A DNA stretch of 63,801 nucleotides, counting the filler, from Octopus bimaculoides (Eukaryota): the NCBI RefSeq assembly GCF_001194135.2. It is 6 parts of 6 records of this genome, joined end to end, with 100 filler letters (N's around TTAATTAATTAA, not from the genome) between each part and the next. Parts side by side here need not be neighbours in the genome. Positions count along the whole stretch, not along the records: positions 44,160 to 52,542 come from NC_069006.1; positions 52,643 to 61,448 come from NW_026385320.1; positions 61,549 to 63,801 come from NC_068981.1; 3 more parts are not named here. One strand, 5' to 3'. How positions within the stretch are numbered: position 1 is the stretch's first letter; each line of letters opens with the position of its first letter. This document shows, piece by piece, positions 52,097-62,875 of this stretch. Made by a program: the position numbers and the translations under genes. A model generated the notes under the pieces. It saw only the letters and a list, made by a program, of their open reading frames with translations. It made no database searches and was not told the origin of the DNA.

Positions 52097-52430
52097 GAAG
52101 GTGCGCGGCTTAGTGGTTAGAGTATTCGGCCCACGGTCGTAAGGTCACGAGTCTGATTTCTGGCAGCGTGTTGTGTCCTTGAGCAAGACACTTTATTTCA
52201 CGTTGCTCCACTCCGCTCAGCTGGCAAAAATTAGTTGTACCTGTATTTCAAAAGCGCCAGCTTTGTCACACTCTGTGTCACACTCTGTGTCACACTGAAT
52301 CTCCCTGAGAACTACATTAAGGGTACGTCTGTCTGTGGAGTGCTCAGCCACTTGTTCCTTAATTTCACGAGCAGAATGCTCCGTTGATAGGATCAGCTGG
52401 AACCCTCGTCGTCATAGTCGACGGAGTGTC
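52097..52430 (+). mobile_element. SINE family D head with family C tail
   Basis: Different tRNA-like head plus ccttgagcaagacactttatttcac, then the C tail (gagaactac.ttaagggtac...gaaccctcgtcgtc). Diverged TSD containing gcagcttt. Confidence 0.75.
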
Positions 52431-52586
52431 GGTTAAAGGCAGCTTTAATATAAACATCAACACTCGAAGTTCTTTTACTTTTCCAATGATCTTCCATTCT
52501 GACTCTAAAAATTGGCATCAGCCCTTTCTTTAATAACACTAANNNNNNNNNNNNNNNNNNNNNNNNNNNNNNNNNNNNNNNNNNNN

Positions 52587-52598
52587 TTAATTAATTAA
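52587..52598. other. Artificial scaffold spacer
   Basis: Same layout. Confidence 0.9.
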
Positions 52599-52859
52599 NN
52601 NNNNNNNNNNNNNNNNNNNNNNNNNNNNNNNNNNNNNNNNNNATATATATACACACATATATATATATATACACATATATATATATATACATTTTCATAT
52701 ACAAATACATATATACTTCTATATACATATATACATATACATATATACATATACATATATACATCTATATACATATATATATACATATAGATATAAACAT
52801 ATATACTGTACATATACATACATATATACACATAAACATCTATATATATATATATATGT

Positions 52860-52898
<39 letters not shown>

Positions 52899-52939
52899 AT
52901 ATATACACATGACATATCATCCTAGATACACTTACATCA

Positions 52940-53290
52940 GTATAAAAGATAAGGTGGTCCCAGCTGGAACAACTCTGAACATAGGTCTACTGGATCAGCA
53001 CTAACCTGGGATTAAACAACTACTATAGCCACTAACCATTCTTCTGGACATTAGATAATGTAGTAATAAATATACTATGTCTGAATAAAAGATGAGATGG
53101 TCATAGTGGTCACATCTTTACTCATTGGTTTGCTGGACCAGAACTGACCTGGGGCTAAACAACAACAACAACAACAACTATAGCCACTAATACTAGCTAT
53201 TAGACTATACCTTAGATAATGCAAGTCTATGTACACTTGGTCTGAATAAAAGATGGGATGGTCATAGCTGGAACATCTTTGATCAAAAGT
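52940..53290 (+). repeat. Tandem array of an approx. 150-bp unit (about 2.5 copies)
   Basis: gaataaaagatg.gatggtcatag...gacctgggg.taaacaac...tatagccactaa recurs. Confidence 0.65.
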
Positions 53291-53469
53291 CAACAGTACA
53301 AGAACAACAGCGACTTCAAACATAATGTTCTGTCTATGAGAACCACATTAATTCCTGAATGCTATACTTCATTTTTGAATCACTAAATCCTGTTTCCACA
53401 GATTCCTTAATATACAATTCTTACAGAATTTTCTCAGTTCTTCATAAAATTCACATGGTTTTTTCAGGA

Positions 53470-53880
53470 GTCACTGGTGGGAGGAAAAACAGGAAGAAGC
53501 CATGACCTTTGTAAGACAGCTGACACTGGTGGGCTGAAAAAAGAATGTCCATAGTCTTGGACACTTGTGGGAGGAAAGGGGAGTGTCCATGGTCTTTAAC
53601 ATTGGTGGGAGGAAAGAGAAGTGTCTATGACCTTTGACATTATTGGGAGCCAAGGGGAGTGTTCAAAGCCTTTGACACTGGTGAGAGGCAAGGGGAATAT
53701 TCATGACCTTTGACATTAGTTGCAGGAAAGTGGAGAACCCATGACCTTTGACACTGGTAGGAAGAAAGGGGAGTAGTCATGACCTTTGATGCTGGTGGGA
53801 AGAAAAGGAAATGTCTATGATTTTTGATAAGGAAATGAGGAAGGGAGTGTCCATGACCTCTGACACTGGGAAAGAAGGCA
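53470..53880 (+). repeat. Approx. 38-bp minisatellite (ccatgacctttgacactggtgggaggaaaggggagtgt), about 10-11 units
   Basis: Directly visible periodicity. Confidence 0.8.
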
Positions 53881-54369
53881 GACAGAAACCATAGTTGCTG
53901 CAGTAGTTGATATTACCATAAGGAGGTGAGGATAGTCAATAATTATTTCAAATCTCCCTTGCCTCCTTACAAACTTCCTCTTTACAACTGCCATCATAAA
54001 AAAAAATACAAGTTGCTAAAAACAATAACAACAGAAACAACATTAACAGCAGTAACAATAACAACAACAGCAGTCTCTGAGATCTGCATTGCCACTACCT
54101 ACACGTTTTTGTAATCTAATATAAACATGTGTAAAAGATTTAGATGTTATCAATTGGGTGGCAGGGTAAAACACAGACAATAAGGTAGGTCTACAGGAGG
54201 GAGGAAGGTAGGTAGGTAGGAAAAGGTAAACAGATAAAAGTATATAGGTAACTATGTAAGGAGGTGGGTCTGTAGGCAGATGTGTGGGTAGGTGGGTAGT
54301 GGAAGTTAGTAAATAGGTAGTTAGTCTAGCCAATAAGGGACAGCTGAAAAAACATAGTTAATGGATAAA

Positions 54370-54620
54370 CTTTCTTCTGGAAAGATAAATATCAAAAGAG
54401 CAGCATTTAGGGTAGTGCAGAGCTTGCGGGGTTTTTGTGGTGGCATTGATCTGGTGAAAAGGCTCAGTGATAGTTATCAGTGACTATGTGACAACATTTG
54501 ATGAAAACTTGAAGAGTTGAAGAGAAATTTTATGCTACCTTAGATTGTGTCCTATCAATAATACTAAAATAAGACAAAATCATCTAGCTTGGGTAACCTC
54601 AATGCTAAAGTTGGCAAATA
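54370..54620 (+). mobile_element. RTE-type APE endonuclease fragment
   Basis: VISDYVTTF...EKFYATLD.....DKII.LGNLNAKVGK resembles YAPT...FY..L.....D..I.LGDFNARVG. Confidence 0.55.
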
Positions 54621-54639
54621 TCCTTCTTCAACAATATCA

Positions 54640-55068
54640 ATTATAATCATTATTATTATAGACATTGCACAGGATACAATATCGTGAGGTTGTTGAATGA
54701 AGATATTCTATCTGCCAGCGGGGTTTGTATTGTTTGTCATGTCAAAACAAGGACCTCAGACAGTACTTTACACAATATGCGTGCAGTTCCAAGTAATGCC
54801 AACTTTTGCAATACAACTAGATTGTAGGGTGGGGGTTTGATTTTCAGACAGACAAAGTGTTAGAGCACTGGAGGCCGAATATAGCAACCTTTAGGAGGAA
54901 CAAAGTAGAGTTCCTAATAAATGATGTAGCAGTGCCAGGAGATCAACATATCATGAAAGAAAAAGTTGATAAATATGGAGACTTGAGAATTGAGATCACC
55001 AAGATGTGGCAGCTATGAGAGTGGTTATCCCTATTGTCATCGGAGCATTGGGTTCAATACCACCTAAT
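54640..55068. mobile_element. RLE non-LTR 3' fragment with an inverted 5' part
   Basis: Minus 54640-54823: LQKLALLGTARILCKVL plus 3' UTR and TAA-rich tail. Plus 54827-55068: FDFQTDKVLEH..RP....DVAVPGD...KY.DL...VIPIVIGALGSIPPN. Confidence 0.7.
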
Positions 55069-55089
55069 CATCATTATTATTATCATTAT

Positions 55090-55305
55090 TAGACAGTGAG
55101 CTAGCAGAAACGTTAACATGTGCCAAATGCTTAGTGGCATTCCATCTGCCTTTACATTCTGAGTTAAAATTCTGTCGGGATCAACTTTGCCATTCATCCT
55201 TTTGGGGTCGACAAAATAAGTACCAGCTAAGTACCAGGGTTAATGTAAACAATTTACCCCGCCTCCAAAATTGCTGGCCTTGTGCCAAAATTTGAAATTA
55301 TTATT
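55090..55305 (+). mobile_element. SINE family A copy, CpG-decayed
   Basis: Family A consensus with most CG converted to TG/CA. Confidence 0.7.
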
Positions 55306-56107
55306 ATTTCTTTTATTTTCCACTAGGGCAACAGAAGGTAAACACTAAAAAGTTTTAAAAAGTGTTGAGAAATTAACCATAAAGATAGAACTAATATGTT
55401 CAAAATAAACAAAATAGATAACAAAACAATGAATTCAAACACTAAAACAACTAAATAATACAGAACAATAAAAACTGGGCCAGAACAACAATAACAAGAA
55501 TGTAATTTGAAGAAATTCAAGAATAAGGTATTCTAAAGATGGAAATTACAAACATAGAAATTATTTAAAAACAAAAGATTATATTTCTATGGATCAAAGA
55601 AAACAATTACCTCCTTAAGATACAACAAGGATAATGAAAAATAATTAACACAAACCTAGTCATTGTAGATTTAATCATCATTATTTCACCAGATCTTCAC
55701 ATAAAGGAATAAGAAAAACTCGAGAGAACAACAGAAAAAGATAGAAAATAAAAGATCTCAAAATCAATAAGGGAAAGATATATTTGAAAGTAAAAGGAGA
55801 AACAAATAAAATAGAAAATGAAAATAAAAACAAGAGATATCCAAAAATCAAAATAGCAAAATAATAAAATTGTCTTAAATAACAGTTCCTTGCTAAAGTT
55901 TATTGGTATTAAAAGTGCCAATGATTAATCTGAGCAAAACAAACGATTTGACTCAAAGCCAAAATCATTTTTATCAGGAAACAGGTAAAAATAAAACAAA
56001 AATCAATATAGCACCAACAGCAAAAAAGTAGAATTTTGGTAAGGAATATGGACATAAGGGAATAATCACAGATGAGATTGTTCAAAAGAGTAAACTAAGT
56101 ATTAGAA

Positions 56108-56462
56108 CAGTGGTTCTCAACCATGGTCTACATGGCCCTTGAGGGTCCATATAAGATTTGGGGGGAGGGGGCACACAATAAAATTGGGAATCCACAATAG
56201 TATTTTATGGGCCCTTGAAAATTTTTTTACTTTAAATGCATGTATTAGTAAGTATTGCAAAAAACAGCTAGATTTCTCTAACATTTTACATAGTTCAACC
56301 TACATAAGTTAATGTGTGTGTGACAAACAAAATAAGAATTTGGAAAGAAGTTTCTATAACACTAAATTTTAAACATTGAATGGCTATGGGGGTCTACCAG
56401 AATAAAATAGTAATCAAAGGGGTCCATAGGTAAAAAAACAGAATAACCTAGAATAACCATTG
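56108..56462. mobile_element. hAT-Charlie-like MITE
   Basis: Left end CAGTGGTTCTCAACC and a degenerate right end. A matching right-end GGTTGAGAACCACTG fragment also occurs at 61028-61042. Confidence 0.6.
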
Positions 56463-56627
56463 CTGATGTACTGCAAAAACAAATAACTAGAAACCACCAG
56501 GAAATGATAAGATTTTCAACTTCTGCTTAGAATATTTTACAGGGACAAATAAAGTGCTAGCAGTGATATTTAATGAGACTGGTGGAACTGAGACCAGACT
56601 GGCAGACTGCAAGGAAAACCATATTAA

Positions 56628-56833
56628 CCCTTTAACATTCAGATTACTCAGTCAAATATAATTTACATTGTCTTGAATTAATTGTGCATTATCTTATTAC
56701 TTCAAGATTTCAAAAATGTGATGGTTTATTTTTAGAATGACATTGTAAGGTAGGAGTGAGAGGCTCGGTCTAGCTGATTTGAACACAAAACTAACAGGAT
56801 ATTTGGGATATGGCTAGTTTAAATTCTAAAAGG
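56628..56833. mobile_element. piggyBac-type MITE (TTAA target)
   Basis: TTAA|CCCTTTAACATT ... AATTCTAAAAGG|TTAA. Removing it restores the host LINE frame KTILISKTKE. Confidence 0.75.
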
Positions 56834-57169
56834 TTAATCTCCAAAACTAAAGAAAATGCAATTCTCCATTCCTTACCTAAAATACAGATTCATAGGCTGC
56901 TTTTTTACAGCTTATAAAGCATTAGCTACAATAATATCACAAAATAAATACACACCTAGGAAAAGAAATCTGATTGTAGAAAAGCAAGATGCTGTAAAGA
57001 TCAACTACTGATCAGAAAGTCTTAACAGAAGACTGTAGAGGGAGAAAAAAGGGTTTGAATATGGTATAGATTGATTACCAGAAGACTTTCAACAGTATCC
57101 CCATAAATGTGAATCCTGGAAACACCAGTGACAAGTAAGATAACACCAATTGTAAGTCTTATCTTTTAT

Positions 57170-57545
57170 CTTTTACTTATTTCCATCATTTGACTGCAGC
57201 CATGCTGAGGCACTGCCTTGAAGGTATTTGGTTGAACAAATTGAACTTATCCTTTTTTAAGCCTGGCACTTATTCTATTGGTCTCTTTTGCCAAACTGCT
57301 AATTTACAAGAACATAAACACACCAACACTGGTTATAAAGCAGTGGGTGTGAGAGAGGGGGAAAACACATGCAAAAACACACATACAATGGGCTTCTTTC
57401 AGTCTCCATCTACCAAATCCACTCACAAGGCTCTGGTTGGCCCAAGGCTATAGTAGAAGACATTTGCCCAAGCTGTCTTCAATGGGACTGAACCCGGAAC
57501 CATGTGATTAGGAAGCAAGCTTCTTACCATGCAACCATACCTGTG
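57170..57545 (-). mobile_element. SINE family B, CpG-decayed
   Basis: ttttgccaaactgctaatttacaagaacataaac versus tttgccgaaccgctaagttaaggggacgtaaac in the 27020 copy. Confidence 0.8.
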
Positions 57546-57899
57546 CCTAAATAGTTAAAATTATTCCATAGTTAATGTTGTTACATAAACATTCACTAAA
57601 CTAATGCATGCATGCATGGAATAATGGATGTAAAATGAACACAGAATAACTATGCAAATGAAATGCTGCAGTTACTAACAACTATTGTTATTATAAATAG
57701 CAATGTGAGCTACTGTCACTTCAGTTTTGCCAGTAGATGCCAGTGGAACTTTTACTAAATTAAAGCCAGATTTAAATTCACTTTCATCTTGGGTTATTCA
57801 TATATCAATTTAATTTACTAAATTTGTAATCTGCAGTGTGGACATAAAAAACTCAGTAAGATACTGACAGCTCCTGAGGCTTGGTTTCCTTAGAAAATT

Positions 57900-58400
57900 T
57901 CTAAATTATTTCTGCGTGCACTACCGTTAATGATGCCCTAACTGCTTTAAAGAATATCATAATTCAGTCAGCCAAAATTCAAAAAGGTTGTGCATAATCT
58001 AACATTACTGACTATAAGGATATGATTCAAGACAATTCTTCAGTTAAATTGGCTGATACCAATAAAAAATTATTGTGAACTAGAATTAAAGATAAAACAC
58101 TGCTTCTATGGTCAAATATAATTCCTTGTGCTTCTAACTGCTTTACAAACATTATTTTTGATATTCCTCTTTTTTTAATAAACATCTGTTAAAGTAAAAT
58201 TTGGTGCCCTTGCATCACACCACCAATCAGACTTGGAAGTTTTGACCTCACTAAGATCAATTCATTCAGATTCTTTCCAAATCTGTCACCAGATTTTAAA
58301 CTAGCTAATTACAAAACCATCTAATACTGAATAAATTTATATCATCTGCTGCCAACTTTACTTCAACACATGTGAATAGAATGGTCAAAGACATCATTAA
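57900..58400 (-). mobile_element. Decayed CR1/L2-like RT fragment
   Basis: VEVKLAADDINLF resembles the KLFADD RT motif, followed by a DL.....W..W....F-like pattern. Confidence 0.35.
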
Positions 58401-58611
58401 ACCAAGTAATTTGTTCTAGTAAACACAAATACAAAAAAAGGAAGTTGGCAGTTGACTCTTATGAAAATAAATTCACCTACTTAAACAGTAACCCACTGCC
58501 TGACTTAGATGACTCATAACAAAATATCTTCTTACTAGATACTTAATACGACTAACTTACATGGCATGTCCACTAAATTGTATTGCATAATTCCAATGCT
58601 CTTTTCTACTA

Positions 58612-58805
58612 TATATGCACAAGGCCTGAAATTTATGTGGCTGGAGATTAATCAATTACCTCAACCTCAGTGTTTGACTGGTATTTATTTCATTGACCCT
58701 GAAAGGAAGAGAGGCAAAGTCAACTTTGGCAGAATTTGAACTCAGAACATAAAACCACTAAGCATTTTGTCCAGTATGCTAACAATTCTGCTAGCTTGCT
58801 GCCTA
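58612..58805 (-). mobile_element. SINE family A copy, CpG-decayed
   Basis: gtcaactttggcagaatttgaactc versus gtcgacctcggcggaatttgaactc in the 7141 copy. Confidence 0.75.
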
Positions 58806-59039
58806 AGCATCCTTCCAATGACAATAATATTTACTGCTTTCAAGAAATATGGTTTGTTTTAATCTTAGTTCAGAATAGGATTGGCTCTATACAAACAATG
58901 GCTATACCATAATAATAATAATAAACTCCTGCTATCTTGTGAGGTCATTTATTGAGCCTAAGTGAATAAATTCCTACAGAAAATCTGGCAGAAGGGACCC
59001 TAAGGTAGATGTGTATGGTTATACCAATATCTGGCATAC

Positions 59040-59148
59040 CTTGAGGCTCTATGGACGCTTCAAATGTTTTGATTTGGCTTTCATTTGTGATGAATCCATG
59101 AGTAGAGAGGATGTATGTGATATGTGCTTGGGGATCAAGCAGTTGCTT
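59040..59148 (-). CDS. Candidate internal exon of an unidentified antisense gene
   Basis: Minus strand: pyrimidine-rich acceptor cttttctgtgcttgagttgtttccag| and donor CAAG|GTATGC. Only one frame is open: KQLLDPQAHITYILSTHGFITNESQIKTFEASIEPQ(G). No family recognised. Confidence 0.45.
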
Positions 59149-59544
59149 CTGGAAACAACTCAAGCACAGAAAAGATGGTTAAGTTAATATCTCTGCAATA
59201 CTATTAACCAATGACAAAACAAAAGGACAACCAGTCCAGTCGTACAACTGCATATTTCCAATGAATTACAAACAACCTTATTTATGAAAAGAAATTGAAA
59301 GGCATATATCACCAATTTAGATAAAACACATACACCACCCAGTGGTAATATTAAAGAAGAACATAATGAAAATCAATCTAAATCCTTTAAAGTACATCAT
59401 AAATTTAATATGACACTGAACAACAATGAGTCTCAAATCTATTTTTCAAATAAATTAACAATAACAAATTACATCCTGAGTGACTCTGTATGTTTAACTC
59501 TATGTAAAGAAATACCCATGTCTACTAATAGATTCCCTTAATAT

Positions 59545-59925
59545 GTGGATGTGTGGTAAGAAGTTTGCTTCCCAACCACATGACTCTCGTTTCAGTCCCA
59601 CTGTGTTTCACCTTGGGCAGGTATCTTCTACTATAGCTCTAGGCTGATCAAAACATTGTGATTGGATTTGGTAGACAGAGACTCTGAGTGTGTGTGTGTG
59701 TGTGTGTGTGTCTGTCTGTCTGTCTCATCACTGATTGACAACCATGCTTGACTGTTTGTTGGTTTGTTTACATCACCATAACTTAGCAGTTTGGAAAATG
59801 TGACTATTGGAATAAGTACCAGATTTAAAAAAAAAAAACTGGGGTTGATTTCTTTGACTAAGCCGTTCAAGGTGGTGCCCCAGCATAGCTGCAGTCCAAT
59901 GACTAAAACAAGTAAAAGCATAAAA
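59545..59925 (+). mobile_element. SINE family B, CpG-decayed
   Basis: Full-length head/body/tail with CG loss. Confidence 0.8.
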
Positions 59926-60343
59926 GATAAGCATCTTGATAAGTTTCTTGCTTCTGCGAAAGAAATCTCTAATCAATATTGTTGTCACTTTCAGAAGAAG
60001 CTATAATAGCAATCAATTATTTAAAACCCACTAATTCTAGAGTCAGTTAAGGCTAAAGACAACAAGTATATGTAGTTTATTTTTGAAAGGACACCTCTGT
60101 ATGCTGCCAATGAAGCCTCTCTTAATAAAAATGGTAAAACTGTAGCATTATCTTCTTGGTCTCTAAATTCTGTTGAGGAAAATCGTTATACAGCTTTAAA
60201 ATGGTGAAAAAAATGGAGCCTCTTTCTTTTAAACAAACAGTTAAACCCCAGTGACTTGTCAGAAATTTGTAGCCAAATATATTCAAGATATAAATAAAAT
60301 CTGGTATGCACAAATGAGGCAGTATTTAAGTAGGCATCTGTGT

Positions 60344-60741
60344 GTCATACTTAATGTATACACACTGTCAGTAGGCCAGTTACTGTAGTATTTGTCCTGA
60401 GACAACATCTTTCATGGACTTGCTGTGTTAAAAATAGAATAAATATCAGAGAGAGAGATGGAATTTTGTCCCAGTAATGAATGTTTTATTCACTTTTTCC
60501 TGTATCAGACACAATAAATTCTTATCAGAGCATGTGGCTAGTTGTGAGTTGTGTTCATCTGAAAAGGTCCAAAAAGACTAAAATATATATGGTGTTTCCA
60601 CTGGCTACTGTCGAGATGAATTTTCATCTCTCTCTCTCATATTTATTATGTTCTTAATACAGCAAGTCCATAAGAGATGTTATTTCAAGATAAATACTGT
60701 GATAACTGCCCTATCAACAGTCTGTGTATATTAGGTATGAT
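60344..60741. repeat. Diverged inverted repeat, approx. 123-bp arms (60344-60466, 60619-60741)
   Basis: Ungapped alignment by eye, roughly three-quarters identical. Confidence 0.75.
60494..60558 (-). CDS. Candidate antisense exon upstream of 59040-59148
   Basis: Acceptor tttagtctttttggaccttttcag| and donor AAA|GTGAAT. Open frame (D)EHNSQLATCSDKNLLCLIQEK ends in phase 0, compatible with the phase-0 start of the 59148 exon. Confidence 0.3.
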
Positions 60742-61492
60742 ACATAAAAGGCTATATAAAAATAAAATTCAATTGAGAAAATATCACACAAGTGATAAGA
60801 GCTCATGTTTTGTTATAAAACATTATACCTCTTAACTAGCATTTATTATCTATGAAATTTTTTTGATACCTGTCTTACTTAGGCAGACTTTCATAGCCAT
60901 TTGATTAAGAATTGTATAAAAATAATTGTTAAAATATTTCATGCATTGTAGAAGTATAACCAGTTTAGTGCAGATAAATTTTAGCAACAAAACCTTACAT
61001 AGACCCACCAAGGGTCATGTGGACCCTGGTTGAGAACCACTGCTCTTAACCATTTTGATACTAACCTGGCTGAGACCACCCATGGTTTTTTTAAATACAG
61101 ATTTCCTGTTTAAAGTGATCTAAATTAAAACCTTCCAATGCTTCAAACACCAATTTAATAATGAGAAAGCTAATTTACAAATTTCCTTGTTATTTTCAAA
61201 ATTTATTAACACAAAGGTAGTATCTTCTGACAGAAATATGGTAATAAAAGACTTAATAGAACCATAAATCCACTTGCATACTCTTGGCAGTGCTCATTTG
61301 TAGAGCAAAATCTTAGAACTCCTTCTAACCACATAGCCCTACTGCTTGGTACTTTGGGTAAGTGTCTTCTATTATAACCTTGGGCTGACCAAAGACTTGT
61401 GAGTGGATTTGGTTGGTGGAAACTGAACCTGTCATATATATATATATANNNNNNNNNNNNNNNNNNNNNNNNNNNNNNNNNNNNNNNNNNNN

Positions 61493-61504
61493 TTAATTAA
61501 TTAA
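61493..61504. other. Artificial scaffold spacer
   Basis: Same layout. Confidence 0.9.
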
Positions 61505-62012
61505 NNNNNNNNNNNNNNNNNNNNNNNNNNNNNNNNNNNNNNNNNNNNATATATATATATATATACATGTCTGCCTAACCTATTTTGTTTCCTCATAACT
61601 GCTTCATGACTTCAAAAGAAATGGATATTTGTTAATGAGATTTTCTGTAAATACGCATCCAAAGGTGTGCATTCTGGTTATATCAGAATTTTTTGCGAAA
61701 ATATTTTTCAGTTCGAAAATTTTCTTTGTAATACCCTGTACTCTCACCCGTTCCTCTGTATCAACATCAGGCTATACAAGATCATGAATAGTAAAAATGG
61801 TGTGTACTTCTTTTTCTTTGCGAAAAAAGAATAAAAGTAAAGAAGCCAGAAAGAAAAACAGGAAGAAATTTCTTCATTGGTTAGCACAATCGTAATACAC
61901 ACATTAAAAAGAGGTACCTCTGCAAAATTAAGCATATTTTTTTAATAACTATATTGAAAAAAAGACCTCAAAAGGAAAGAGTTAACTTTTATTATATCAT
62001 TTAATATATATA

Positions 62013-62228
62013 CAAGGCGTGCTGAAAGTTATTGGTTTTGGGTAAGGCAAAATGCAGGAGGATCAGTTAATTATGATTTTATTCAACATATGCCCCTCTT
62101 AGATTAACACACACTTATTGCAGTGGTTCTGCAGTTTTCTACGCCCTGTAAGAGAACTCAGAAGGTTAGGCCTCCAGCCAAGCCTTTCGCGAGACCCTTC
62201 AAAAAAGAAACTTTTCAGCACCTCCTTG
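62013..62228. mobile_element. mariner-type MITE
   Basis: TIRs CAAGGCGTGCTGAAAGT / ACTTTTCAGCACCTCCTTG with flanking TA. Confidence 0.7.
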
Positions 62229-62875
62229 TATATACGTGTATAAATGCCCTGATTTGCAATTGTATTATGCATAACGTAATGTGTTATACAATGTAGCCTA
62301 TCAGTAAATAAGTAAATAGAAATATTTTACTTTAAAAAACAAGCTGACAGAGTGATCACGTAAATTACATAAAAACAACAATTCAAAATAAAATTATGTT
62401 CGAGAGGAATGTTATTTTTATAACCGGTTTGGTTACTGTTTGTGTAACACTACTTTTATGTTTCCTATTTGGAAATAGATAAATATATTCTACTTTTGAA
62501 ATAGGACTATATATTGATAAACAACTCACTTATAAGTGTTATGTTTATACATAAATCCTAACTCCACCTACATAAACGCCATAGCGAGAAATATATACTC
62601 TGAAACGCTAAAGGACATTTTATGCGTGCATGTATGTTGAAGATAAATAAATTCGTGTTCTTTTAACCGCTATAAGAAATACACAGTTTCATAATTGCAG
62701 AAATAAATTTCATTAACAAGTCGAAAAACGAGAAGATAGAGAAAATAATTACTACATTATTTTATGTACATTTAGAATTGATAATACAATAGGAAAGTAA
62801 AGTCATTTTGTTGTAGAGAATTAAGACTTAAAATTCACACTAGCTAATCTTTCATACTGACAACTAGAGTTCACA

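Larger units (their letters stand above)
55320..57150 (+). mobile_element. Decayed RLE-clade (R2/NeSL-like) non-LTR retrotransposon RT region
   Basis: QNKRFDSKPKSFYQE; KVEFW.GIW; KPPGNDKIFNFCL; LNMV.IDYQKTFNSIPH motifs. Interrupted by two MITEs. Left boundary uncertain. Confidence 0.6.

Noticed and set aside
58540-58600. Strong minus-strand donor CAT|GTAAGT as an exon end
   Set aside because: Upstream sequence runs straight into a SINE tail, with no convincing acceptor or frame.
23038-61504. Recurring TTAATTAATTAA resembling a regulatory or repeat motif
   Set aside because: Always centred in exactly 88 Ns, so it is an artificial spacer.
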